Shown: positions 34,936 to 44,129 of the stretch, one piece after another
Position numbering within the stretch: position 1 is the stretch's first letter
Layout of the letters: each line of letters opens with the position of its first letter
IMG/VR virus record: IMGVR_UViG_3300011423_000008
Coordinates: 7,760 to 71,759 of that record
DNA length: 64,000 nucleotides
From: a virus
Lineage: Duplodnaviria; Caudoviricetes
Strand: one strand, 5' to 3'
The notes under the pieces: generated by a model
Database searches by the model: none
Seen by the model: the letters and a program-made list of their open reading frames with translations, nothing else
What the model was told of the DNA's origin: nothing
Made by a program: the position numbers and the translations under genes

Positions 34936-36093
34936 ATGAGTAAAGATAATAACCCTTTAGATGATTTGCCGCCTAACGATGGCAGCAATCTTCCGTCTAA
35001 ACAAGAGCCCACCGCATTAACTTCCGAACAAGAATTGCAAATTTTACGAGAATGGAATAATCGGCCCAATAACCCACCTAGTTTAAAAGAATTAACAGAA
35101 ATGTGTTTTGGGGTTGGCGTTGACGGGCGTGATAAAAGAGCCAAACTAATTAAACAATTCCTTGCGACAAGGAAACTAAAGGCTTCGGTATCTTATGAAT
35201 ATCAAAAAAAGGGGGAGTTGGAATTAACTGATGAACAAAAGGAATATATTGCCAACAACTGCCAAACCATGACTTCCTTGGAAATGGCCGAACAATTATT
35301 TTCTAAAAAACTTACCAATTTATCTCAAGAAGCTAGAAGTGTTATTAGTTACGTGCGGACTCTCACGGATCGAGTTAAATACGCGGACCCAAGTAATATA
35401 GTTACCGATAATTACAAGGTTCCCAAACAAGACGGTTCCATGATTGAGCGTGTTAATAAATATATTGATACTCCTATTGATAGAACTCAATATGATTCTA
35501 ACGAAAGACAAAAAAAATGGATTCGCTCTCTTTTGGGTTACGTTAATTCCTATCGTTTTGTTCAACAAATTAATACTTATAAAGGAGTAGATGACCGGGA
35601 ATTGTTTGAATCAAGTTTTATTTCTTATACTTATGGTAAAGATGATTTAACGCCCGAAGAACGGGATCAATATATAATTCTTTGTACGGATGTGGTAATT
35701 TCTAAAAATATTCAAGCTACTATAGAAAAGTTTCAGAAAATGGCGGACGAACAATTAGACGGCTCGGAGGAAAAAAAAGTTTTGTCTATGAGTTTGGTCG
35801 AATCGATTACCGGGCTTCGCAAAGAATATAATGATTGCGTGAAAAGACAGCAATCTTTATTAGATGATTTAAAAGTAAAGCGTTCTAAAAGATTACAGGA
35901 CCGAGTTAAAGAAAACGAAAGTTTGGTAAGCCTAGTTGAATTTTGGAGAACCGAAGTAGGACGGCAACGGTTAGCTCAAGCGAATATTGAGAAAAAAAAA
36001 CTATTAAAAGACGAAGTACACAGACTGGAAACTATGGACGCGTGGAAAATAGAAATATTTGGTATATCTCCAGACGAATCGATAAACTCTTAA
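34936..36093 (+). CDS. helical protein upstream of terL (possible terminase small subunit)
   Basis: Position; HTH-like N-terminus and coiled coil. Confidence 0.45.
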   Translation: MSKDNNPLDDLPPNDGSNLPSKQEPTALTSEQELQILREWNNRPNNPPSLKELTEMCFGVGVDGRDKRAKLIKQFLATRKLKASVSYEYQKKGELELTDEQKEYIANNCQTMTSLEMAEQLFSKKLTNLSQEARSVISYVRTLTDRVKYADPSNIVTDNYKVPKQDGSMIERVNKYIDTPIDRTQYDSNERQKKWIRSLLGYVNSYRFVQQINTYKGVDDRELFESSFISYTYGKDDLTPEERDQYIILCTDVVISKNIQATIEKFQKMADEQLDGSEEKKVLSMSLVESITGLRKEYNDCVKRQQSLLDDLKVKRSKRLQDRVKENESLVSLVEFWRTEVGRQRLAQANIEKKKLLKDEVHRLETMDAWKIEIFGISPDESINS

Positions 36094-36100
36094 TTTATAT

Positions 36101-37972
36101 ATGGCTTGGCATGTCGGCAATCAGGAAATAAAAACTTACAAAGATTTCAACGAAACCGTTTTAGAAATTAAAGGTGAGTTAGATGAAATTACTGCTAAAA
36201 TTACTTTAGCCAAATTTTTACGCAGCAATATTGGATTTACTTTAGAAATGCTTTGCGGGGTTAAGCTCATGGCTATTCAAGAGCTTATTTTGAAGTCTAT
36301 TTTTTTAAGAGACAATTGTTTAATCGTGGCGGGTCGTGGTTTTTCCAAGTCTTATTTGATTTCTGTTTTAAGTATTCTCTATTCTATTTTTTATCCTGAT
36401 AAAAAAGTTTGTTTGATTTCGGCTAACTTTCGTTCGGCGCGGCGGATTCTAGAAAACTCCGAGAAAATTGTTAATTCGAAAAGAGCCGCTTTATTAAGGC
36501 AATGTTTTCCGACTCAAATGCGGCGTTCCAATGATATGTATCGCTGGATACTTCCAAATCAATCTGAAATTTTTGCCTTGCCTCTATCTAATGGTGAGGG
36601 ACTTCGCGGAACTCGCGCCAACCTTGTTTGCGTAGACGAAGGGTTATTAATTAGCAGAGAAATTCAAGAAACTATCTTGCGCCCGTTCTTGACGGTCAAA
36701 CAAGACTTCGCGGAAGAATCGGAAATGCGAGACGCAGAAGATTTGCTAATTAAACAAGGTATTATTACTGATGCCGATAGATTATCGTTTCCTAACAATA
36801 AATATTGCGTGTTTTCATCGGCTTCTTACGAGTTTGAATATTTGTATGAAATGTATCAGAATTGGGTGGAATTGATCGATAGGCCGGATAAAATAGAAAC
36901 ATTGCCCAATGGAACTAAACCCACTTATTTCGTTATGCGCGGGTCTTATGAATCGTTGCCGCCCAACGGAATTATGGATTTGTCTCAAATTAATTCCGCT
37001 AAAGCCAACGGGGGAGAAAGCACAGAGTATTTCAGGCGGGAATATCGGGCGCTCTTTAGTCGCGCCGGGGATGGATATTTTAACGTTGCTAAAATGCATA
37101 AATGCACCATTCCTATTAATCAATATCCAGTAGTTCAATTAAAAGGAGAAAAAGACGCAGAATATATTTTATCTATCGACCCCTCGTATTCAGCTTCTAA
37201 AGCCTCCGATTATTTTGCGATGGAAGTTCATCTTGTCTTAAAAGAAAAAAGAGAGATAGTTCAGGTTCATTCTTATGCGCGGGCGGGTGGAGACTTGAAG
37301 GACCATTATGAATATTTAACTTACATATTAAAACATTTCAATATTGTAATGTTAATTATTGATAATTCTGGTTCGGAATTTATACATGGATATAATGAAT
37401 CGACCATCGCTAAAGAATTCAACTTTCATTTAAAGTTCTTAGATGTAGATTTAGCGGCGGATAATTATTTAGAAGAATTAGCTAAGTTTAAAAATCAATA
37501 TAATCGTTCGGGCGGGAAATTTGTTTATGGGCAAAATTTTAGTTCTTTGGCTATTCGTCAAATGAACGAGCATTTACAAAACCAAATTGATAGTGAAAAA
37601 ATATGGTTTGGGTCTTGTTTGGGGGCGAATGAAAATGAAGTTAAAAAATTAGAATCGTTTAAAATGCCATTTAAACCCAAGAACAAAAACGACACAGAAA
37701 TGGAACTGGTTGATTTTATAGCGGAACAAGATAGTTGGATTGTAGCAACTAAAAGTCAGGTTGCATTAATTGAAGTGAAAGCCTCGGTATTGGGAACTTT
37801 ACAATTTGATTTACCGCAAAATCTTAAAAGAGAAACGGGACCAAATCGCCCGCGTAAGGATTTATATACTTGTTTGTTATTAGGGGCTTGGGCGGCAAGA
37901 TGTTATTTTGATTATTTATTTACCCCGATGGAAAATGAAGTGGCGACTTTTGCACCAATAATTATCAGATAA
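36101..37972 (+). CDS. terL: terminase large subunit
   Basis: AGRGFSKS Walker A, LRG.RANLVCVDE Walker B, SIDPS nuclease motif. Confidence 0.9.
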   Translation: MAWHVGNQEIKTYKDFNETVLEIKGELDEITAKITLAKFLRSNIGFTLEMLCGVKLMAIQELILKSIFLRDNCLIVAGRGFSKSYLISVLSILYSIFYPDKKVCLISANFRSARRILENSEKIVNSKRAALLRQCFPTQMRRSNDMYRWILPNQSEIFALPLSNGEGLRGTRANLVCVDEGLLISREIQETILRPFLTVKQDFAEESEMRDAEDLLIKQGIITDADRLSFPNNKYCVFSSASYEFEYLYEMYQNWVELIDRPDKIETLPNGTKPTYFVMRGSYESLPPNGIMDLSQINSAKANGGESTEYFRREYRALFSRAGDGYFNVAKMHKCTIPINQYPVVQLKGEKDAEYILSIDPSYSASKASDYFAMEVHLVLKEKREIVQVHSYARAGGDLKDHYEYLTYILKHFNIVMLIIDNSGSEFIHGYNESTIAKEFNFHLKFLDVDLAADNYLEELAKFKNQYNRSGGKFVYGQNFSSLAIRQMNEHLQNQIDSEKIWFGSCLGANENEVKKLESFKMPFKPKNKNDTEMELVDFIAEQDSWIVATKSQVALIEVKASVLGTLQFDLPQNLKRETGPNRPRKDLYTCLLLGAWAARCYFDYLFTPMENEVATFAPIIIR

Positions 37973-38342
37973 AATTCTTTCTTTTGGAATTATATTTCAT
38001 GTTAACATCATGTTCGACCCATTCTAGGTTATTAACCGCATTATTCTCTTTATTAAAATCCTTGTGATTTACTTCGGGGTGTCCTGAAGGGTTATCTATA
38101 AAAGCAAAAGCAACCAAGCGATGAACTTTGCATTGTTTTTCTATGCCGTTTTTATATAAAGAAACATGAACATATTTTTGGTCGTTGGGCGGAAGGGCCA
38201 TTAAGCGTCCCGGTTTAATATAATATCTTACTTTATTGTTTCTTATCTGTTTGACGCGGCGGGTTAAACTTTTGACATTTCCCAAATTACTTATTTGATA
38301 TAATCCTTCGTATCCCTCTATGTCTTTCCAAATTTCTTGCAT
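37965..38342 (-). CDS. NUMOD4-HNH homing endonuclease
   Basis: EIWKDIEGYEGLYQISNLG; VHRLVAFAFI...VNHKDFNK.NN..NNLEW. Confidence 0.9.
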   Translation of the reverse strand: MQEIWKDIEGYEGLYQISNLGNVKSLTRRVKQIRNNKVRYYIKPGRLMALPPNDQKYVHVSLYKNGIEKQCKVHRLVAFAFIDNPSGHPEVNHKDFNKENNAVNNLEWVEHDVNMKYNSKRKNFI

Positions 38343-38344
38343 AA

Positions 38345-38378
38345 AAATAAAAAGGAGCCCGGTCATAGACCGGACTCC
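38345..38378 (-). terminator. intrinsic terminator
   Basis: GGAG.CCGG/CCGG.CTCC hairpin + T tract on the - strand. Confidence 0.6.
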
Positions 38379-38389
38379 CATAACAACAA

Positions 38390-39028
38390 CTAGCTTTTAC
38401 TGATGAGAAAGGGTTTCCAAGAGAAATGCCGCGCTTCTTTAATTAAAGCCGAAGCAACCGTAGGCAATGGAGCCTTAGGTTGACGAATTAACGTCATTCC
38501 CGCTTCTTCTAGGGTTTTGTCTCCTTTTTTAAAGTTAATTTCTTTGGACATGAAAACTAGGTTTGTCCATGTATTCTTTCCTCCGCGTGATTTAGGTAAT
38601 AAATGGTCTACGTTGCCCTCGCCTTTAGTCAATTTTTTACCAGTAACTTGGCAAGTATAATTATCACGCTCTCTTATTGATTGATGATTGGCTTTAAAAT
38701 GCTTAACCGGCATTTTATTAAAATTACGGTCTATGATAACCGTAGGAGCCCGTAATACCATGCGCGGCGTATGAATAACATCGTCAAATTCCCGAACTGA
38801 GAGCTTTACCCATTCTTCCCAAGGACAAGGGTTCATATATACAGGATTTTCGAAATCCCATACGCCATTGGAGTAATCGTATCCAATGTCTAAAGCAACG
38901 GCGGGAGCTTCTTCGTCATTTGGGTTTTGACTATTCATCGCCGTCAGAGCTTTTTTAATAGTACAGAATCCAGTGGGTTGCCACGCTGCATTTAATTTAA
39001 GACATATTTGTTGATTTATTACTGACAT
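38390..39028 (-). CDS. HNH endonuclease (McrA-like)
   Basis: RDNYTCQVTG...NVDHLLPKSRGGKNTWTNLV. Confidence 0.9.
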   Translation of the reverse strand: MSVINQQICLKLNAAWQPTGFCTIKKALTAMNSQNPNDEEAPAVALDIGYDYSNGVWDFENPVYMNPCPWEEWVKLSVREFDDVIHTPRMVLRAPTVIIDRNFNKMPVKHFKANHQSIRERDNYTCQVTGKKLTKGEGNVDHLLPKSRGGKNTWTNLVFMSKEINFKKGDKTLEEAGMTLIRQPKAPLPTVASALIKEARHFSWKPFLISKS

Positions 39029-39040
39029 TCTATCCTTTCT

Positions 39041-39114
39041 AGCCGTATAGTGGTATCGCGCCACTCAACACAGGTTTTGCAGACCTAGCGGTTCAACTTG
39101 CTCCGTCACACGGC
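39041..39114 (-). tRNA. trnC: tRNA-Cys(GCA)
   Basis: Cloverleaf; loop CT-GCA-AA. Confidence 0.85.
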
Positions 39115-39119
39115 GTTAT

Positions 39120-39195
39120 TGGGGTAACGTACGAGATTCGCACTCGCTCCGAATCCTTCACAGGGATTGATGCTAACTATTACAACAACGTTACC
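39120..39195 (-). tRNA. trnH: tRNA-His(GTG)
   Basis: G-1/C73, encoded CCA, loop CT-GTG-AA. Confidence 0.9.
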
Positions 39196-39521
39196 ATTAA
39201 ATTATTTTTTAAAAAATATCGGAAGCACTACGGTTTCAAGAATAAACCCGATTAAAAGTGACACAACCCAATACAACGGAATTTGAATTTCAAAAAATTT
39301 CTTCATATTAATTAAAAATTTGTTCCCATTCCCCGGTTTTCTTGTCTTGCTCCCAAGTATAACTATTACTTGGCGGAATGATGATGCTTTTAATTAAACG
39401 CGACCAATCCTTTTGCGAGCCCTTGAATGTATCAGGCTTATCTTCCATGATTTTCCGAATGTCTTTTTTCGTTACTTTCATCTTTAATAATAGTAAAGGG
39501 GTTATGTTTATTGATCAAGTC

Positions 39522-39644
39522 TTATTTTAAATATTTTGTCCATTCGGGTGCATTAGGATTACGAGTATGATTAATTTTATACGTTAAACAGCCGCTTGCC
39601 CAAACTAAAAGGACAAATGCTGCGATAAGTAATATATGTTTCAT
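39522..39644 (-). CDS. small lipoprotein-like peptide
   Basis: MKHILLIAAFVLLVWASGC. Confidence 0.5.
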   Translation of the reverse strand: MKHILLIAAFVLLVWASGCLTYKINHTRNPNAPEWTKYLK

Positions 39645-39658
39645 TTTAAATTCAATAT

Positions 39659-39730
39659 TAGTCCGAGTGGGATTTGCACCCACAACCCCACCCTTATAAA
39701 GAGCACGCTCTAACTTTGAGCTACCGGACT
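39659..39730 (-). tRNA. trnI: tRNA-Ile(TAT)
   Basis: Cloverleaf; loop TT-TAT-AA; wobble-rich anticodon stem. Confidence 0.75.
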
Positions 39731-39739
39731 GTTCATTTG

Positions 39740-39828
39740 CGGATTGCACTAGACTTGCACTAAACGCCTTTTTAGGGGCGCGATCTGTTTAGCAAACAGT
39801 CTCGGCTCGCTTGTCCGATTTACAATCC
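39740..39828 (-). tRNA. trnS: tRNA-Ser(GCT), 8/4 fold
   Basis: Loop TT-GCT-AA, long V arm, G73. Confidence 0.85.
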
Positions 39829-39834
39829 ATTCCA

Positions 39835-40059
39835 TTAATTAAGTCCCAAATGTCTGGAGTCATCTTCTAATCTTGCCATAATATACCAACTAGGGGTTGT
39901 CGGCTCGCTATTATATCTCTTATTATAAGTTTCGCAAAATTTAATTGCCGCTTTTTTAGTTTTAAAGGTTTTGATTTCATCTATTTTTTGGCCCCATCCG
40001 GCCTCAGATTCAATCATTAAAACTCGAAATTTATTAGTCGCTGCTGGATTTCTGCCCAT
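39835..40059 (-). CDS. hypothetical protein
   Basis: ATG ORF within the array. Confidence 0.6.
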   Translation of the reverse strand: MGRNPAATNKFRVLMIESEAGWGQKIDEIKTFKTKKAAIKFCETYNKRYNSEPTTPSWYIMARLEDDSRHLGLN

Positions 40060-40068
40060 ATAATTTAA

Positions 40069-40075
40069 GTGTAAT
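40069..40075 (+). promoter_or_regulatory. putative late promoter motif
   Basis: GTGTAAT ahead of a 23-codon ORF. Confidence 0.45.
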
Positions 40076-40121
40076 ATATTTATATCAATTATGCAAGAAA
40101 AATGGTATGAAAAAGAATGGT

Positions 40122-40421
40122 TTATTGAATGGCTTCGTCTTGCTCGGAATCCAGACTATTAAGATAGTCGGCAATAATTTCCCCATGACACCTATTATAA
40201 GGCTTACAAAAACATCCAAGTTTTTTATTTTTTAATTTAATTAATTCTGCCACGAATCTTTTATCTTTTAATAAAAAAGGAAACCATTCGTTTTTATATC
40301 TTTCAATTACTTCGTCGCGGGTACCGTCGCGTCCAATAATATAAGGATTGCCAAAAATAGACCCGCGCCCAATATAACATGAATTTTTATCGTCGCGCCA
40401 ATTAACTACAGTAGTTATCAT
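40122..40421 (-). CDS. DUF4326-domain protein
   Basis: YIGRGSIFGNPY...LGCFCKP..CHGEII. Confidence 0.85.
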   Translation of the reverse strand: MITTVVNWRDDKNSCYIGRGSIFGNPYIIGRDGTRDEVIERYKNEWFPFLLKDKRFVAELIKLKNKKLGCFCKPYNRCHGEIIADYLNSLDSEQDEAIQ

Positions 40422-40846
40422 ACTAATGAACGAGGATGATATTCTTCTCGAAGTTTTTCGTATTCCTCCTTGCTTAAAACTTTTTCGATTTCGTTTGGAT
40501 GAGATATTTGAAACCCTCTTATAAACCGATGTTCTTTCGTAAAACCATAATATATGCCCGGACGTTTTGCGTGGGCGTTGAAAAACATGCAATGTCCTAT
40601 TAAACCATTTTTTAATATTACAGACTTATCCAAATAATCTTTGAATAATTCCATCATGCTTTCCGATCTTTTTATTTTATTTTTACGATGCCGTTCGAAA
40701 GAAAATAAGGGGTTATCTCGGCAAAGGTGACGGGTTTTATTTTTGTTAAACATTGCCCATTTTCCGTTTTCCTTTTGCGCCCAAAACAACCCTGATTTAT
40801 TGCAATATTTACAATAAGTTTCATTATATAAATCAAGTTCCGACAT
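40418..40846 (-). CDS. hypothetical protein
   Basis: ATGA overlap; CKYC...HLC. Confidence 0.6.
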   Translation of the reverse strand: MSELDLYNETYCKYCNKSGLFWAQKENGKWAMFNKNKTRHLCRDNPLFSFERHRKNKIKRSESMMELFKDYLDKSVILKNGLIGHCMFFNAHAKRPGIYYGFTKEHRFIRGFQISHPNEIEKVLSKEEYEKLREEYHPRSLV

Positions 40847-40850
40847 ATAA

Positions 40851-41099
40851 TTAATCAGTAAATTCTACCCCCAAAGGATGTTTTATTAAATCTTCTGCCT
40901 TGTATGGTTCTCTCCAATTATGTCTAATCCATTTTGCGGCACAATTTTTAGAACAAAAATAATGATGTTCTAAATTATCTGTATGAGATTTATTACATGA
41001 AGCGCAATGAGTAGATTTACTAACATTGATAGTAATAGTTTCTTGATTGAATTCTATTAATTGTTTATTGCATTCTTTACATCCAATAATTTGCATCAT
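40851..41099 (-). CDS. Cys-rich (Zn-binding) hypothetical protein
   Basis: CKEC, CASC, FCSKNC. Confidence 0.6.
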   Translation of the reverse strand: MMQIIGCKECNKQLIEFNQETITINVSKSTHCASCNKSHTDNLEHHYFCSKNCAAKWIRHNWREPYKAEDLIKHPLGVEFTD

Positions 41100-41103
41100 A
41101 AAT

Positions 41104-41198
41104 TGGCGGAGCGCGGAAATCCCGCCTTTCAGTCTCCCCGTAAAGAAAGACCCATCTACTTTCCAAGTAGCGATAGAACCTTGTCTATTTCACGCTCC
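41104..41198 (-). tRNA. trnS: tRNA-Ser(GGA), 8/4 fold
   Basis: GGAGCGTG/CGCGCTCC + GCCA; loop TT-GGA-AA; long V arm. Confidence 0.8.
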
Positions 41199-41203
41199 AT
41201 TTT

Positions 41204-41291
41204 CGGTTAATTGTGGTCCTGCCCCACATACCTTTTTAAAGGGTACCGTCCGTTTTCGAAACGGCAACAAACCTTGTTTGTTTAATTAACC
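41204..41291 (-). tRNA. trnS: tRNA-Ser(CGA)
   Basis: GGTTAAT/ATTAACC + G; loop TT-CGA-AA; long V arm. Confidence 0.8.
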
Positions 41292-41330
41292 ATTATTTAA
41301 GGGGCGTGATTTCACAATCAGTTACGCCCT

Positions 41331-41337
41331 GTGTAAT
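41331..41337 (+). promoter_or_regulatory. putative late promoter motif
   Basis: GTGTAAT 7 nt before ATG 41345; preceded by a GGGCGTGA/TTACGCCC hairpin. Confidence 0.55.
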
Positions 41338-41344
41338 TAATTAT

Positions 41345-41875
41345 ATGACGGAAGACGTAATTAATCAAATAAAAATTTTGCACACTCAGGGACTTGGATA
41401 TACTAAAATTTCAAAACAACTTAATGTCCCTCGTTCTAATGTTAAATATTATATTAACCATGAAAAAGAAAAAACAAACAGTGCAAAACGTCAAGCTAAA
41501 TACCGCAAAACAGACCCAATAAAACATAAACTAATGTTAGTAAAATTTCGCAAAGGAAAAAACGAATTTAATCGTTTGAGTCGCAAACGAAAAACCTTAC
41601 CACCTAAATTTACATTAGAGGAATTTAAAGAAAAAATTTTCAAAAATCCATATTGTTATTTAACGGGCCGCGAAATTAATTTAGAAAATCGAGATTCTTA
41701 TTGTTTCGATCATATTATTCCTAAATCAAAGGGCGGCGATAATTCTTTAGAAAATTTAGGTCTTACTTGCAATGATGCTAATGCCGCAAAAAGCGACATG
41801 TTGTTAGTTGATTTTTTTGCTTTATGCAAAGAGATTTTGGAACATAATGGTTATATTGTGAATGCGGTTCAATAA
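41345..41875 (+). CDS. HNH endonuclease with N-terminal HTH
   Basis: CYLTG...FDHIIPKSKGGDNSLENLGLTC..AN.AK. Confidence 0.85.
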   Translation: MTEDVINQIKILHTQGLGYTKISKQLNVPRSNVKYYINHEKEKTNSAKRQAKYRKTDPIKHKLMLVKFRKGKNEFNRLSRKRKTLPPKFTLEEFKEKIFKNPYCYLTGREINLENRDSYCFDHIIPKSKGGDNSLENLGLTCNDANAAKSDMLLVDFFALCKEILEHNGYIVNAVQ

Positions 41876-41956
41876 GGACTTGCACCTTAGTCCGATTGAT
41901 TACGGCTCCCATCAATTTTCAAAATTGCGCCGATACGCTTGCTCGGTTCTTGAACC
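41865..41956 (-). tRNA. trnS: tRNA-Ser(TGA)
   Basis: Loop TT-TGA-AA, long V arm, G73. Confidence 0.85.
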
Positions 41957-41961
41957 ATTAT

Positions 41962-42035
41962 TGCGCCTATCAGGAATTGAACCTGAAGCCTTTTCTTTCG
42001 CAAAGAATTATGCAAATCCATTACACTTTAAGCGC
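41962..42035 (-). tRNA. trnR: tRNA-Arg(GCG)
   Basis: Cloverleaf; loop TT-GCG-AA; canonical TTC T loop. Confidence 0.85.
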
Positions 42036-42211
42036 ATTAAAATGTTATTCTATCACAAACGAATCTTGTGTCATTCCAAATACTAATTCACAATTTTCTC
42101 CAGCATAAAGAGTTTTTCCTTTTAATTTTTCTATAAATTCAGAAGCTTTTGTTTGGTCCAAAGGTTCGCCCGTCGCTTCCAGTTCAACCCAATATATGAT
42201 TTTTTTATGTT

Positions 42212-42424
42212 TCATCCTATTTTTTTACTTCCTTCAACGCAATTATCTCCATCTGATTCGGGCAATAGCCACATTTTTTTACAACTCCAGCAAACTACTC
42301 CATCGGGGTCTATGCCGCAAGTATCATCTAAGTCGCCCGCGTACCAATAATTCTTTTTATTGCATTTGGGGCAATTATCTGCTAGATACATTTCCATATT
42401 AGCCGTAGGATGGTTCTGCCCCAT
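42212..42424 (-). CDS. Zn-ribbon hypothetical protein
   Basis: CPKC...CWSC. Confidence 0.55.
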   Translation of the reverse strand: MGQNHPTANMEMYLADNCPKCNKKNYWYAGDLDDTCGIDPDGVVCWSCKKMWLLPESDGDNCVEGSKKIG

Positions 42425-42481
42425 CGTCTCATTCTTACCAAGAATATATTCTACTATTGAAATACAACGGCATTATCAAAA

Positions 42482-42547
42482 AGCTATATCTGATACTTGC
42501 AATCAGCACGCTAATTTACGAAATTAGACTAGGTGCTTACATATAGC
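42482..42547 (-). tRNA. trnT: tRNA-Thr(CGT), D-arm truncated
   Basis: GCTATAT/ATATAGC; CTAAT-TTCGTAA-ATTAG; CTGAT-TGCAAGT-ATCAG; only 13 nt in the D region. Confidence 0.7.
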
Positions 42548-42729
42548 ATGTTGATAGGAGCGACAAAATTAATTTTTAAATCTAAACTAGGAATTTCCAT
42601 AATCCAAATATCGGCGCGTTTAATTAATTTATATTCAGAATCATTTATTTGTTTAATTAATCTATCAATAATATCAGCAGTAAGTCGCGCTTCTCTAAAA
42701 GTTTTACCGGTAATATGTAATTCCTTCAT
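42529..42729 (-). CDS. hypothetical protein
   Basis: ATG ORF. Confidence 0.5.
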   Translation of the reverse strand: MKELHITGKTFREARLTADIIDRLIKQINDSEYKLIKRADIWIMEIPSLDLKINFVAPINMLYVST

Positions 42730-42735
42730 ATAATT

Positions 42736-42818
42736 AGCCGTCTATCGGACTCGCACCGATGTTGGGATTTCTCCGTCAGTTTACAAAACTGGTCCTGTCG
42801 CTTCTGAGGCAAGACGGC
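42736..42818 (-). tRNA. trnT: tRNA-Thr(TGT) with long variable arm
   Basis: Loop TT-TGT-AA; G1-C72, C2-G71; V arm GGA-GAAA-TCC. Confidence 0.75.
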
Positions 42819-42826
42819 ATTAAATT

Positions 42827-42899
42827 TGACTCCGTAGGGACTTGCGCCCTCCTGTTTCGTTTAAGAGACGAATCCATCGGCTATCTATGGGTCGGAGCC
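42827..42899 (-). tRNA. trnK: tRNA-Lys(CTT)
   Basis: Cloverleaf; loop CT-CTT-AA. Confidence 0.9.
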
Positions 42900-42965
42900 A
42901 GTGTTTTATGGATGTAAATTTTCTAAATTTTTAATTTCTGAAGTAGTTTTCGCGACTTCCTTCTT

Positions 42966-43196
42966 TTATTTGTTAATTTCCGCCGCGACTTCATAAAGGC
43001 CAACCGCGCCCGCGCCGACAAGACAACCGGTAACAGCTACCGCGCCACTAAATACTCCTAAATACAAAGGCCATATAATTGCACCTAATCCAATAGCAAT
43101 TATTGGCAAATAATGATTTTGAATTTTAGGAAAACCTTTAACAATACCTACAATGATATTAATTAAAGCCGATACTAATAATGCATTTGGGTCCAT
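42966..43196 (-). CDS. phage holin-like protein
   Basis: Three hydrophobic segments; YLPIIAIGLG...GAGAVGLYE. Confidence 0.7.
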   Translation of the reverse strand: MDPNALLVSALINIIVGIVKGFPKIQNHYLPIIAIGLGAIIWPLYLGVFSGAVAVTGCLVGAGAVGLYEVAAEINK

Positions 43197-43213
43197 ATTT
43201 TTATTTTTAAATT

Positions 43214-43288
43214 TGTTCTCGGTGGGATTCGAACCTACATTATCCAGTTATGCGCTATCTCTTTAGGAAAGAGTGCCAATACGAGAAC
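43214..43288 (-). tRNA. trnR: tRNA-Arg(CCT), D-armless with D-loop-like V arm
   Basis: GTTCTCG/CGAGAAC; 7-nt connector; loop TT-CCT-AA; V region with AACTGGATA loop; TTCGAAT. Confidence 0.7.
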
Positions 43289-43411
43289 GATCATTTTTCT
43301 ATTAAAATTCCATTATCAAAATAAAGTTCAGGCACGCCTTTTTCATTAGGCCCTAAAGGACGATTCAGAGCAACACAACCAACAAGTCCAATAAGGCAAG
43401 CCGCCCACAAA

Positions 43412-43918
43412 CTAAATCTTCCAATAAATACAAGACGCAATTTCATTTCTAGTTAAATAAACTATCCGCCCGTTTTGCGGTTCTATAAATCCCATTCTAA
43501 CATCGCCCCCCTCTTTATACAAGAAGAAATTAATAGCGTGCCCTCGATTTGTAGATTCTTGAATATAAAAGAATTCCCCGATAGCTAATTGGTAATCATT
43601 TAATGAGTTTAAATCGCTCGCGACTTCTTGAGCCCCTAATGAAAAGTTATCACAATCAAAAGATTCTAGTTTATATTTTTTATTATAAAACTTTGACGAT
43701 AAATAGTTTACGTAAACAGTTTTGATCCAATGTTTGGTTGGTAAATAGTATGTTTTGTCGGAGATAACCGAACCATTCGAAGGGTGAACCCCCACGGTAA
43801 CATAAATATCTTCTATTTGAATCGTGCCATCCGTTTCGGGCGCGACGTAAGATGTAGAATCAATAGTTTTACAACCAATTACCAAACATAAAAAGAAAGC
43901 AATAATTATTGAGCGCAT
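43412..43918 (-). CDS. lipoprotein with papain/transglutaminase-like catalytic motifs
   Basis: LVIGC lipobox; FDCDNFS and GHAIN. Confidence 0.65.
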   Translation of the reverse strand: MRSIIIAFFLCLVIGCKTIDSTSYVAPETDGTIQIEDIYVTVGVHPSNGSVISDKTYYLPTKHWIKTVYVNYLSSKFYNKKYKLESFDCDNFSLGAQEVASDLNSLNDYQLAIGEFFYIQESTNRGHAINFFLYKEGGDVRMGFIEPQNGRIVYLTRNEIASCIYWKI

Positions 43919-43926
43919 TTGTTATA

Positions 43927-43933
43927 ATTACAC
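43927..43933 (-). promoter_or_regulatory. putative late promoter motif
   Basis: GTGTAAT 8 nt before ATG. Confidence 0.6.
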
Positions 43934-44037
43934 TTAGTTTTCTATAATCATGATTCGATCCTCGCTGGCCCCCGATCTTTTAGGCTCGGGCGCGAGCCAA
44001 AGAAATATAATACCAAACAATAGAATAATAATCAAAA

Positions 44038-44114
44038 TGGTAGCCACGGTAGGATTCCCACCTACATACAATCGTTTCGAAGACGATGACCTTAATAAAT
44101 TAGGTGACGCGGCC
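44038..44114 (-). tRNA. trnR: tRNA-Arg(TCG)
   Basis: Cloverleaf, encoded CCA; loop CT-TCG-AA. Confidence 0.85.
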
Positions 44115-44129
44115 ATAAATTAATAATAC

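Noticed and set aside
36101-37972. Intron or intein in the terminase
   Set aside because: Single 623-aa frame with both ATPase and nuclease motifs and no Hint or LAGLIDADG signature.
39645-39749. N-terminal extensions of track ORFs 39522..39749, 38390..39064 and 49706..49921
   Set aside because: The extensions run through tRNA genes; internal ATGs give non-overlapping CDSs.
42736-42818. tRNA-Tyr call, suggested by the GTA triplet and Tyr-like V arm
   Set aside because: Stem symmetry centres TGT in the loop (CAGT-TTTGTAA-ACTG), C2-G71 fits Thr, and a normal Tyr(GTA) exists at 49115.
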